Part shown: positions 7,785-17,339 of the stretch, in pieces
How the letters are laid out: every line of letters begins with the position of its first letter
Numbering within the stretch: position 1 is the first letter of the stretch
Origin: a virus
Strand: one strand, 5' to 3'
Virus record (IMG/VR): IMGVR_UViG_3300045988_145033
Coordinates: 32,001 to 96,000 of that record
DNA length: 64,000 nucleotides
Notes under the pieces: generated by a model
The model's input: the letters and a program-made list of their open reading frames with translations, nothing else
Database searches by the model: none
Told to the model about the DNA's origin: nothing
Translations under genes and position numbers: made by a program

Positions 7785-10001
7785 ATGGAACTTAAAAATA
7801 CATATACATCTCAGATAGCTGAGATATTTAAAAGTAAAGAAACTTTAAAAGAAAACTGGATAAAATCAATAAAAAATAAGATAAGACTTGATGATATTAA
7901 ATCGCAAGAGTTATCAAGTATTTTTGATAAAGCATTCAAAGAAACTCGTATACAATATACAAACTCAGTACAAGGAAAGACAAGAACTCTAGGTGCACTA
8001 GAGTTTATTTATAATACATATAAAGACGAAAAGATACTTGTAGAAAACGGAGTAATATTTCGTAACTCAAGAGAAGTATTTGCTCCTACTGTGGAGTCTG
8101 AGATATATCTTTTCAAAAGAAGAAAGACAGTTAAGAAATTAGGTAACTATTGGCTTACAGAAGGGAATGACCCAATAGTTGGAGCGATATATGATAACTT
8201 GCAAAAGAATATAAAGATACTTATGAATACGTACTATGGGGTACTCACAAATCCATATTCGAGATTTTACAATAGAGATTTAGGAGATAGTATTACTATG
8301 CGTGGACGTTCATCTATATCAGTATCAGCTCTTTCTATGGAAGGAGCATTTGCTAAGAAGATACCACAAGAAACTGAAGCACTTCTTGCTTATTTTGATA
8401 GATGCTCGAAATCTCAGATAGATAAAGATATAATGTGTGATATGAGTTTTCTATATATGAATATTATGAAAGATAAAGATGAAATAGAAGAACTTTTAAA
8501 AGAGTTTCATTTAGAAAATCATTACGACAGAGAGCTTCTTGTAAGAATACTATGTGAATATACTACTCAAGATAGATGTAAGATATACTTTAAAAATAAC
8601 TTTAAAAGAATATCAGAACTTCACATATTTAAAAAGAATGTAATAGATTTCATGAAAGATAGTATAGAACTTAAGACACCGTTTCTTGACCCTAATGAAA
8701 TACCATTTGATAATGCTAAGGGTTATATAGAAGATTTAAGAAGAATAGTGTCTCAAGGACTTACAGGAATGTATTGGTATGGTGGAGATTATATCCAAGA
8801 AAGAGAGATACTTGTTAAGAACTCACAAGATGTAATACAAAGTATAGATAGAAAGGTTATACCGGTAATAGACACGGACTCTAACTTCTTATCTTATGAA
8901 ACTGAATATAATATATTATATGATATACTTAAAAATTCTATATCTTGTATGCCAGCAAAAGATGATGACAATACTTTCTACACTATATCTAATATATGTG
9001 CTATTGTGATGACAGAGGTTATAGATAGTGCTCTTGCGAGATATAAGACTTATGTAAATATACTTCCTGAGAAGAATGGTTGCTTGAAATTAAAGAATGA
9101 ATTTTTATATTTAAAACTTCTTATAACTTCAAGAAAGAAAAACTATATAGGACTTATATCATTAAAAGAGGGTAAACCTTATCCTAAACCTAAACTAGAT
9201 GTAAAAGGATTGGTATTTAAGAAATCGTCAGTAAACTCAAATATCGGTGAAGAGGTTGAATCTATTGTATCTAAACTTCTAAAAGATGATACTCTTAATA
9301 TAAATGATATACTTGCAAGAACTAGAGCAACTACAAATATGATACTAGATGCTCATAAAAACCAAAAGCTTTTAGATTACTGTGTAGCACTAAAGCTTAA
9401 GACTAAACTTGAAGAAACTGATATATCTGATTATAGATGCAAAATGGTAACTTTATGGAATGCTCTTGCTGAAAACGAAAGAGATATAATTATAACACCT
9501 GCAACTTTTTACTCTATTCCTATAAAGATTACAGATAAGTTTAGAAATAAATACCCAGAAATATATGGAAAAATTAAAGCGTGGCTTGACGAACGAAACA
9601 CAATTTTGATTAAAACTCAGATAAATGAGATACTTTCGGACTCTAAGAATAAGAAGTTTCGATTCCTTTCCTTTATGGACCAAAACTTTGACTTGTCTAC
9701 TATAGACTCAGCAGACTCGTGGGTACAAATGCGAAAAGACGCAATGAAACTTAAAAGAGATAAAGGTATAAAGATGCCTTCCGAAGATGTATCTTACTGG
9801 AGTGAAGACGATATATCAAAGATAGCATACCCTATAACGTCAGAAGTAGTTCCAGAATTTATCTTAGATTTAGTGAACGCCGACAATTCATTAGTTCTTG
9901 TCAATTCCCTTTTAGCACCTGTAATTCAAGAGCTTCATGTTTTATGTCCAAGAAATAGTGATGGTAAAAGACTTGTAACTAATATTGTCGAAAGATACTA
10001 G
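7785..10001 (+). CDS. family B DNA polymerase, C-terminal half (palm motifs B and C plus thumb)
   Basis: KILMNTYYG (Kx3NSxYG, motif B), VIDTDS (motif C), KKNY (KKRY-like); the likely start is the ATG at 7785 (the listed ORF begins at a TTG at 7776). Confidence 0.8.
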   Translation: MELKNTYTSQIAEIFKSKETLKENWIKSIKNKIRLDDIKSQELSSIFDKAFKETRIQYTNSVQGKTRTLGALEFIYNTYKDEKILVENGVIFRNSREVFAPTVESEIYLFKRRKTVKKLGNYWLTEGNDPIVGAIYDNLQKNIKILMNTYYGVLTNPYSRFYNRDLGDSITMRGRSSISVSALSMEGAFAKKIPQETEALLAYFDRCSKSQIDKDIMCDMSFLYMNIMKDKDEIEELLKEFHLENHYDRELLVRILCEYTTQDRCKIYFKNNFKRISELHIFKKNVIDFMKDSIELKTPFLDPNEIPFDNAKGYIEDLRRIVSQGLTGMYWYGGDYIQEREILVKNSQDVIQSIDRKVIPVIDTDSNFLSYETEYNILYDILKNSISCMPAKDDDNTFYTISNICAIVMTEVIDSALARYKTYVNILPEKNGCLKLKNEFLYLKLLITSRKKNYIGLISLKEGKPYPKPKLDVKGLVFKKSSVNSNIGEEVESIVSKLLKDDTLNINDILARTRATTNMILDAHKNQKLLDYCVALKLKTKLEETDISDYRCKMVTLWNALAENERDIIITPATFYSIPIKITDKFRNKYPEIYGKIKAWLDERNTILIKTQINEILSDSKNKKFRFLSFMDQNFDLSTIDSADSWVQMRKDAMKLKRDKGIKMPSEDVSYWSEDDISKIAYPITSEVVPEFILDLVNADNSLVLVNSLLAPVIQELHVLCPRNSDGKRLVTNIVERY

Positions 10002-10013
10002 GAGGTGATAATT

Positions 10014-10433
10014 ATGACAGGTATGAAAGACTTTATTGTACATACAGTAAAAGAGATTAAGGATATATTCGGAAGCATACTAGCTAAAGTTCTATTCTTC
10101 TACATATCGTATAAAGCGAAGAAGCTTTTATCTCTTATATCGACTGTATATATAGACGGAGTTAAATATCTCATCGAGTCAAGAGACACGATAAATGGTA
10201 AATTAAAGCTTTTCTCTAAAGATAAAGGATATTTAAACTTAGAACAAGATATCCTTTTAAGTGCTATAAAAGGAGCATTAGAAAAGCAAACTAATCCATT
10301 TGTCCTCAATGACAAAGATGTTCAGCTAACGTCCCTTAATATAATAAAAGAAAAAGTATCAAAACCGTTAGCTGATTTTATAAATATAAAGAATAAAAGA
10401 GTTACTCTTGATTTCAAGAGTATAGATAAATAA
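10014..10433 (+). CDS. hypothetical protein
   Basis: SD GGAGGTGA 5 nt before the ATG at 10014 (the listed ORF begins at a GTG at 10005). Confidence 0.65.
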   Translation: MTGMKDFIVHTVKEIKDIFGSILAKVLFFYISYKAKKLLSLISTVYIDGVKYLIESRDTINGKLKLFSKDKGYLNLEQDILLSAIKGALEKQTNPFVLNDKDVQLTSLNIIKEKVSKPLADFINIKNKRVTLDFKSIDK

Positions 10434-10445
10434 GGAGGCTTTAAA

Positions 10446-11324
10446 ATGAAAGGTGCAATGAAAGAAAACTTTTTTGGGGATATAATGGAATTTATAAATG
10501 GTTCGAAAGAACCATTTATAAATCTTTCAGATTACAATAAAAAGGATAAACTATTCTTTTTTGATATGTCTTTATATCTTTTTATATCAAATAAACTTAA
10601 TTCATCATTTAAAGAAAAGGGACAAGATAAGATTGAGTTTACAAAAAATAGTCCTGAGAAAGATTGGTTTAAATCAAATAATATAAATTCTTGGATAGAG
10701 TTTGTATTCTTTATGAAAGAATGGAGAGAAAAGAATAATAATACTAAGAGTGTAATAGATATGGAAGAAGTATCTCATATAGGTTTATTTAAAGGATACT
10801 ATGATGAGTTCTTCTTGCTTTACAAGAAGTTCCCTAAGATACTATGGGTTACAGCTCTTAGTAATCATAAGATAGAAAATATAGACGGAACTCAATACTA
10901 CTTCATAGATGAACTAGAAGAAATTACAGTTCTTATAGCTATGAATGCTTGGGTGAGACACTTAATGGATAAACACGATAGATACTTTGCTGAGCTTATA
11001 AATACAGAATCTGAGGGACAAGAAAGATTTATAGAATACATAAAAGACTATGTTAAAAATGGATTACCTGAAAATCACGATAGTATTTTAGATTATATAG
11101 GTTACGCTATCTTTATGTCGGGAGTTCAATATTCTAATAAGTTCTTAAGTGAGAATAAGGATTTAATAGGAATGAAACTAGATAAGTATTCAAATAAGGC
11201 TATATCTAAAAGGCTTATAAACGTATTTAAAGAATATATGTGTAATATGCCTAAAGAAGATAACCCTACAAGACCTCGTGAGCTTATAGATAAAATAAAA
11301 GAAATAGAGCATAATGTAAAGTAA
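10446..11324 (+). CDS. hypothetical protein
   Basis: 292-aa ORF; SD AAGGAGG. Confidence 0.7.
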   Translation: MKGAMKENFFGDIMEFINGSKEPFINLSDYNKKDKLFFFDMSLYLFISNKLNSSFKEKGQDKIEFTKNSPEKDWFKSNNINSWIEFVFFMKEWREKNNNTKSVIDMEEVSHIGLFKGYYDEFFLLYKKFPKILWVTALSNHKIENIDGTQYYFIDELEEITVLIAMNAWVRHLMDKHDRYFAELINTESEGQERFIEYIKDYVKNGLPENHDSILDYIGYAIFMSGVQYSNKFLSENKDLIGMKLDKYSNKAISKRLINVFKEYMCNMPKEDNPTRPRELIDKIKEIEHNVK

Positions 11325-11330
11325 AGAGAT

Positions 11331-11352
11331 ATGGTAGGCTTTCGCCTACCAT
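11331..11352 (+). terminator. hairpin atggtaggc-tttc-gcctaccat, copy 1 of 3
   Basis: perfect 9-bp stem directly after the stop codon of 10446-11324; identical copies at 11631-11651 and 33092-33112. Confidence 0.5.
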
Positions 11353-11992
11353 AAAACTGATATTTATTGCGATAAATAAAGGACGCCTGAAATATATCCG
11401 AAAGGATTTCTATAGCAAATTAAAAGCAGTACCAAATCTTTGTTGTTAGATTATGGCTGGGCTCCATGCCCCAACCATAATCCGTCCTTACATGATTAAT
11501 GTTATGAAAGTAATATCTCTGAAAAAATAGAATTTTCATGAATATTTCAAAAAATGCAACGGGACACCCAAAATAATGAATAATATTCAAATTAGTTACA
11601 CCATAGTGTTCTGTAAAAATGCAAAGACTTATGGTAGGCTTTCGCCTACCACTTGTCACCTCTTAATTTGTATAAAGATTAATCATACAATAGCTTACAA
11701 TAGGACGCCTAAAATGTATATTACAATCAATACACTTTTGTGTTACGTATTTAATTAAAAATGTGAGTGTAGTTGATGTATCTATAACGATGAACTTAAC
11801 TATCAATATCATTAGTTTGGTAAAGGACGCCTAAAAGCAGTAACCAAAAATATACTTTGCGTAGCGATACTACGCCTATTAGCCATATCTATTTACTGAA
11901 AGGAGAAAATACAATACACACTCACATTCAAGAAAGTGTTGTGTAATTTGTCAATATTTGGAACAATTTTTTGATAAATGGAGGTGAACTTA
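11353..11992. other. 640-bp non-coding region with three copies of AGGACGCCTRAAA, a second copy of the atggtaggc hairpin and an 11-bp-stem hairpin (ttatggctggg...cccaaccataa)
   Basis: no credible ORF (the two listed 60-79-aa ORFs lack SDs); repeats at about 11380, 11702 and 11824. Confidence 0.5.
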
Positions 11993-12748
11993 ATGGTTAC
12001 TAATGAAGAATATGAACATAAAGCACATTATAATACTATGGATTTTTATACAAAAGCTGATGCGGCTCATATGGGAGACCATGTAGAGCTTGTAAAGCAA
12101 AGAGCTCTTGATATGTATAATTGGTTAAAGGAAAAGAAAGGAATAGAAGCTGACCTCAAATGTGTAATACTTGCGGCTTCATTTCATGATACAGGTTCTG
12201 CTATACAAAGAGAAGACCATAATGTAATATCTTATAACTTATTTAAAGCTGGTAAATTAACTGACGGTATTGAGCTTACAGATGATGAAAAGATTATTAT
12301 AGCAAATGCTATACTTCAGCATTCGTCTCATTTTAAAGGAAACTATTATTCTATAGAAGCTGAGATAGTAGCATCAGCTGATAGAGATGAACCTGACATA
12401 TATGCGATACTTTCTCGTAGTGTAGACTATGCTAGAAAACATAATCCAGATGATATAATAGATAGTGTAGCTGAATATAATATCAAAAGATATGCTAGTT
12501 TTCCGAGCTCTGACTATAGAGTTCCTGATTGGCACTTCGAGTATTGGAATGATATAATGCCGAATTGTTTTACATATATTAATAAATTTTTCCAAAACGA
12601 AGATATAGTTAAAAAGGTTGTGAATTCTATAGCAGACGATAATACTGAAAGATATGTACGAGAGATGATAGATAGCTATATACACAGTGATACTAAACCA
12701 AATTTATTCTCCGAAAGTGTATTCAGGAGATTTAAAGGAGAGATGTAA
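11993..12748 (+). CDS. putative HD-domain phosphohydrolase
   Basis: AASFHDTG plus flanking His residues (AAHMGDH, QHSSH); SD GGAGGTGA before the ATG at 11993. Confidence 0.5.
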   Translation: MVTNEEYEHKAHYNTMDFYTKADAAHMGDHVELVKQRALDMYNWLKEKKGIEADLKCVILAASFHDTGSAIQREDHNVISYNLFKAGKLTDGIELTDDEKIIIANAILQHSSHFKGNYYSIEAEIVASADRDEPDIYAILSRSVDYARKHNPDDIIDSVAEYNIKRYASFPSSDYRVPDWHFEYWNDIMPNCFTYINKFFQNEDIVKKVVNSIADDNTERYVREMIDSYIHSDTKPNLFSESVFRRFKGEM

Positions 12749-12750
12749 TT

Positions 12751-13260
12751 ATGAAAGAAATTTTAAAAACTGAAGACGGAAGAACTATTGAAAACGATAC
12801 AGTTAAATCTGGTAAACCAGTTTATGAAGCTCATAAGTATAACTGCCTTATGAGAGATAAGCATATGGGAAAACTTATAAGAGATACTAAGATACCTAAG
12901 TGTACTATATCTAAGAAGTTCTATAGAGAGCTTGTATATAATAAGACTGGAGATTGTATGTATGAAAGGCTTGTAGACTGGAAGACAGGAAGAACTTTGC
13001 ATTCAGAAGGTTCTATAACACAAGAACCTATAGGATATAGAGTTAGACTTACCTGTCCTAATAATGATACAAAACTTTCATATCAAGTTAATTATTCTAA
13101 ATGGTGGTCATCAGAAGAATATTATATGGATTTATTCAAGATAGATAAAGTTACAGAAAATCTATACTTTGATGACTTCTACGTATACGATTACTATGGT
13201 AAAGTATGTAAGGTTTTATGTGTAAGAAAAGAGTACGGAAAACAATATTCACGTGGGTAA
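12751..13260 (+). CDS. hypothetical protein
   Basis: 169-aa ORF; SD AAAGGAGAG overlaps the upstream stop codon. Confidence 0.7.
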   Translation: MKEILKTEDGRTIENDTVKSGKPVYEAHKYNCLMRDKHMGKLIRDTKIPKCTISKKFYRELVYNKTGDCMYERLVDWKTGRTLHSEGSITQEPIGYRVRLTCPNNDTKLSYQVNYSKWWSSEEYYMDLFKIDKVTENLYFDDFYVYDYYGKVCKVLCVRKEYGKQYSRG

Positions 13261-13270
13261 TACCCACGTG
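13250..13270 (+). terminator. hairpin cacgtgggtaa-tacccacgtg overlapping the stop codon
   Basis: perfect palindrome. Confidence 0.4.
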
Positions 13271-13288
13271 AAAAACAATTTTTTGGAT
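13268..13288 (+). promoter_or_regulatory. class B motif (GTGAAAAACAATTTTTTGGA)
   Basis: motif family member 27 nt upstream of the ATG at 13315. Confidence 0.45.
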
Positions 13289-13314
13289 AATTTAATAATA
13301 AAAGGAGGCAAGTA

Positions 13315-14481
13315 ATGATTAATGATAGCAGAATAATAAGACCTTTTATAACTGATGCTGATGATATGTACTCATTTGATGATTTAGACCAAATGAAATC
13401 AGAGATACAATCTATACTAGGTTTTGATTTAAAAAAGATAATAAGAGTTAATAGATTTTCAAATGCTGATACTAAAGGTAGAATACATTGGAGATACTTA
13501 AGTGATACTCAAGATGATACTTCTGTAGAAGTTAGAGTGAATCTATCAAATGATATAGTACACCCAAATAAAGTTAAAAAATATGCAAATGTTGTAGTAG
13601 GTATACCTTTTATGAATAACGACGGTACAGCACTTCAATATTGGAATGGTTCAGCTTATGAAACTGTGCCTAAGAAACTACAAATAGGAAGACAGTTTGT
13701 AGCATCAGGAGATAACATAGAATGGACTAAAATACCAGTTCTTTTAAAGACAGAAGATGAATTAAAAGCACTCGATAATATAGTATCAGGAGATATATTT
13801 ATAATTCCTAATATGCCAACAGCAACGACAGCTGGTTCTATATCTATGTATTTTGCATCTGTAAAAGAATCAACAGAATTTCCATATAATACAGAGATAG
13901 AAACAGCTACGACTGGTATACACGTTTACAGAATATCATCGTTGGATTTTAGCTACATATCAGACGGTGAAGAAAATAATACTACTGGAAAGCTTACAAT
14001 AGAAGATACAGCAGTTGCAAGCGGTAAAGCTTTAACTTATGTACAAGATAATGTAGTTAATAAGAAAGCTATAATATCTGTAGTATCACAAGCATCGGCT
14101 GATACCGTACATTCATCTGAAGTTACTAAAATGATAGATGATAAGGCAACTCTTGCTTTAAAGAATAGAAGAATAATTTATGATACTGGCAATGGTAAAC
14201 CTAAGAGCTACATATATACAGAAAGAACTTTATACAAAAGACAGCTACAAGCTGGTACTAATACGTTCGTATTTAAAATAGAAGATAGTGCAGAATCGGT
14301 TGCTATACTTGCAGATATATGCTCTTGGACTATAAATAGAGATGTAAGTGCTACATCTAAATATGAATTTACTTTTGATACTACTAAGAAAGAATTAAAG
14401 CTTACTTATGTAAAAGATGCAAGTGATACAAATACTCATATAAAGGTAAATCTATTCCATGGATATAAAGTAGTTGAATAA
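13315..14481 (+). CDS. hypothetical protein (possibly structural)
   Basis: 388-aa ORF; SD AAAGGAGG. Confidence 0.7.
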   Translation: MINDSRIIRPFITDADDMYSFDDLDQMKSEIQSILGFDLKKIIRVNRFSNADTKGRIHWRYLSDTQDDTSVEVRVNLSNDIVHPNKVKKYANVVVGIPFMNNDGTALQYWNGSAYETVPKKLQIGRQFVASGDNIEWTKIPVLLKTEDELKALDNIVSGDIFIIPNMPTATTAGSISMYFASVKESTEFPYNTEIETATTGIHVYRISSLDFSYISDGEENNTTGKLTIEDTAVASGKALTYVQDNVVNKKAIISVVSQASADTVHSSEVTKMIDDKATLALKNRRIIYDTGNGKPKSYIYTERTLYKRQLQAGTNTFVFKIEDSAESVAILADICSWTINRDVSATSKYEFTFDTTKKELKLTYVKDASDTNTHIKVNLFHGYKVVE

Positions 14482-14484
14482 AGA

Positions 14485-14510
14485 TAATGGTGGCACAACG
14501 CCACCATTAT
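14485..14510. terminator. bidirectional terminator hairpin ataatggtggc-acaa-cgccaccattat between convergent genes
   Basis: 12-bp perfect stem. Confidence 0.6.
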
Positions 14511-14512
14511 CT

Positions 14513-16426
14513 TTATAATTGTCCGTTTTTAAAGCTTTCTACATCGTATTGGTCCGGCATAGTTATTTGGTTAGTACCAAGTAGTGCTATAACTGCTCCA
14601 GTTGCCGCATCAAGTATTTTCTTTTCAGCGTCAATAGAGTTAAGTACCTTAAATGTAGTTATGTCTTTTAAAGTGCAAGTTTCACCTTTATATAACTTAT
14701 CAAGTAACACTCTTAAATCAAATGATTCTCTTATAATAAGTTTAGGGTCTTTATCTTCCATTCTATCAAAGTATTCGTTAAGTTGAGACGTTTCGTGGTT
14801 TTCAGATTCATACACTGCTTCGGTTAGATTAAATCCTACACTTTCAAATAGTATTTCTACTAAGTGAATATAAGCCATATTGATTCTATTAGCTATAGCT
14901 CTTTTTATCTTATCCATTGAATTTCCTGTCATTTTATATTTTAGATATACTTCTAAATAAGTTTTAGGAATTATAGTAGACATACCACCACAAACTCCTG
15001 AAGCTACAGCTGATTTTATAGCTCCTACCGCATCATCAACAGCTCCTAGTTTTCTATCTACTTCCCAAGAGTTATCAGCTCCAACTACTATTTCAGCATA
15101 CTTTCCATTTATTCTTCTTATTCTTGCTTTTATAGCATCAGCTCTTCCTTTATCATCTTTTACAAGAGCTAATTCTTCTTCAAGCTCTTTTACGTGTCCC
15201 TCGGCTCTTACTTTATCAAAACCAAATAAAGTAACTTGAGTTTTACTCATAATAGCATCTACTGGATTTATTGCTCCAACTTTTAATAGATTTTCTACAT
15301 ATGAAGAAACTGTGAAATCTAACTCTTCTTCTGTAAATTCTTCTATATTATCAGGGAATATATCTCTAAGTTTCTTATCAAGTTCATATGCTTGTGGTTG
15401 TCCTATCAAATATTCAAAGTCTTTATGTTCTTCTTGCGATAGTATTGTTCCAGTATAAGCATACTCGAGTATATAGATAGGTAAGAAGTCTACATTATAT
15501 TTAGTCTTATACCAATTTCTAACTTGTAGTATTTCTCTTTCAACTACATCTTTATATTGAAGATTATAAGTTATAAATACAACTGGAGACATATTTTCAA
15601 TACCAACACCGTGACCATTCATAAACTCTATCATATTATAAGCAACTTTAGCATATAGTTTCATAAGAGCTCTTATACTATCAGCCGATGCAATATTATT
15701 ATCAACTATAACTGGTATTATCTTCTTTCTTAAAACTGCTTTAGGAAATCCTAAAGGTCCTTGTTGTATAGTATATCCTTCTTTTACAGAATAGTTAGTT
15801 TTAGCTTGAGTTCCGTCTGCTTTATAAGTTACAGAGATATTAGATAAGTCTTCTCCGTCTCTTGTAATCTCTTTTAAAGCTCCTATTAAAGCATCTTTAA
15901 GTTCTGTATCATTATTTACAGAAGTTTCTATAATACCTATTAAATCACTTAAATCAGCTTGAGCAAACACTTTATGGTCGTCCATTTCTTTTTTGAAAGA
16001 TTCCACTACATCTTTAATTAAATCATTAAAGAATTGTGCTGGTAAGTTACTTTTATCTCTAAGCTCAGCTAAAGACTTATATAAATCAGCTATAAGTATT
16101 GTAGTAGTTGTAGTACCGTCTCCAGCTGTTGATAGAACTCCTAGCATAGATGATAATACAAGTTGCTTTAAAGCTTGTGCTACAGGGTGAAAGTATTTAG
16201 TTTTAGATAAAAGAGTATATCCGTCTTTTGTAATAGATGCAAGCACTGCACCATTATCTCCTGATTTTTGTATCATAAGAGTTGAAGCACCTATTGGACC
16301 ATAACTCTTTTTAACTACATCTGCCATATCATCAAGTATATGAGATATGTGCTCACTATTCATCACTGTGTGATTTGTCTCCAAAAGTATTTTCTTCGGT
16401 TGTTCCACTTTCTCTGTCATGTTCAT
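14513..16426 (-). CDS. GroEL-like (Hsp60) chaperonin
   Basis: [16 protein letters not shown] matches the GroEL ATP-binding motif GDGTTTATVLA; N-terminal [32 protein letters not shown] matches GroEL [36 protein letters not shown] near the C-terminus. Confidence 0.8.
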   Translation of the reverse strand: [637 protein letters not shown]

Positions 16427-17102
16427 TTTTAAATTCCTCCTTATTTTTATCTTCTTCTTTAGGTTTATCTAGCACCCAAGTTTCTACAGCAACAACAGCT
16501 TTATCCTTTATCCAAGGAAAGTTAATAGGTGCAAGCATTACAAAGTCATCATGCAAGGCATCTAAAAGTAGTTCATTTGCTGTAAATATAGAAGAACGTT
16601 CTTCTTTGGTACTATATTGTAGTTTCTCTCTTTTTAATCTATTTCCCATTTCTTCATCAGTTATAAGATTAGGTAAAACTCCTAATAAGTTTAGTTTCTT
16701 TAATACTAAAAGCTCTACTGTATTTGTAGGTTGATAAACGCATAAAACTTCGGGTACTCCTATTATAGCCATTATTCCCGAAACTCTTACAGGAATATCT
16801 TCTATATTTGTAAATTTAGAAAGTAACCAGTTTAAAAACTCATCATCTACATTAAGATACGCCCACATAAATCTTGTCATAAAAGCATTAAATAATGAGT
16901 ATCTATCAAGATTACGTTCGTCTTTTAATGTTATCTCAAGTAAAGCCTTACAAACTAAGAAGTTTTCTTTATCTTCTTCAGTTACCATTTTATCAGGGTT
17001 CTCACACCAATCGACATATAGCTTCCCCATAAGCTCAGCTATAACAAGCTGAGTTGAGTAGCATACGTCGTCGAGAATTAAATATTTAGTATTAGATGCC
17101 AT
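16356..17102 (-). CDS. hypothetical protein; its 3' end overlaps the chaperonin gene by about 70 nt
   Basis: 248-aa ORF; SD GGAGGGTATAGTAT. Confidence 0.65.
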   Translation of the reverse strand: MASNTKYLILDDVCYSTQLVIAELMGKLYVDWCENPDKMVTEEDKENFLVCKALLEITLKDERNLDRYSLFNAFMTRFMWAYLNVDDEFLNWLLSKFTNIEDIPVRVSGIMAIIGVPEVLCVYQPTNTVELLVLKKLNLLGVLPNLITDEEMGNRLKREKLQYSTKEERSSIFTANELLLDALHDDFVMLAPINFPWIKDKAVVAVETWVLDKPKEEDKNKEEFKNEHDRESGTTEENTFGDKSHSDE

Positions 17103-17105
17103 ATA

Positions 17106-17339
17106 CTATACCCTCCACATACTCATCATATACATTAAAGCAACAATAGAAAAACCTATTACAAATGCTATTCCTCTTGCTTTTCTTTTATTACCTTTTT
17201 TGATATGCTTTTTGTATCTTTTTATATTAAGTAGTACAGCATATTGTAGCATCACCATAAATATACCTGTCTTCATAATAGACGTGAATATAGTAGCGAT
17301 AACGTATTTTAAATAAGCATCACTCATTATCTTCATCAT
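17106..17339 (-). CDS. small membrane protein (two hydrophobic segments)
   Basis: 77-aa ORF. Confidence 0.55.
   Translation of the reverse strand: MMKIMSDAYLKYVIATIFTSIMKTGIFMVMLQYAVLLNIKRYKKHIKKGNKRKARGIAFVIGFSIVALMYMMSMWRV

Noticed and set aside
11420-11758. ORFs 11420-11659 (-) and 11576-11758 (+) in the non-coding island
   Set aside because: No ribosome-binding sites, overlapping each other, low-complexity translations; the region is better explained by repeats and hairpins.
11951-11985. Sigma-A-like TTGTCA-17-TTGATA upstream of the HD-hydrolase gene
   Set aside because: The -10 matches only 3 of 6 positions and the spacing is ambiguous; it cannot be told apart from chance in 70% AT sequence.
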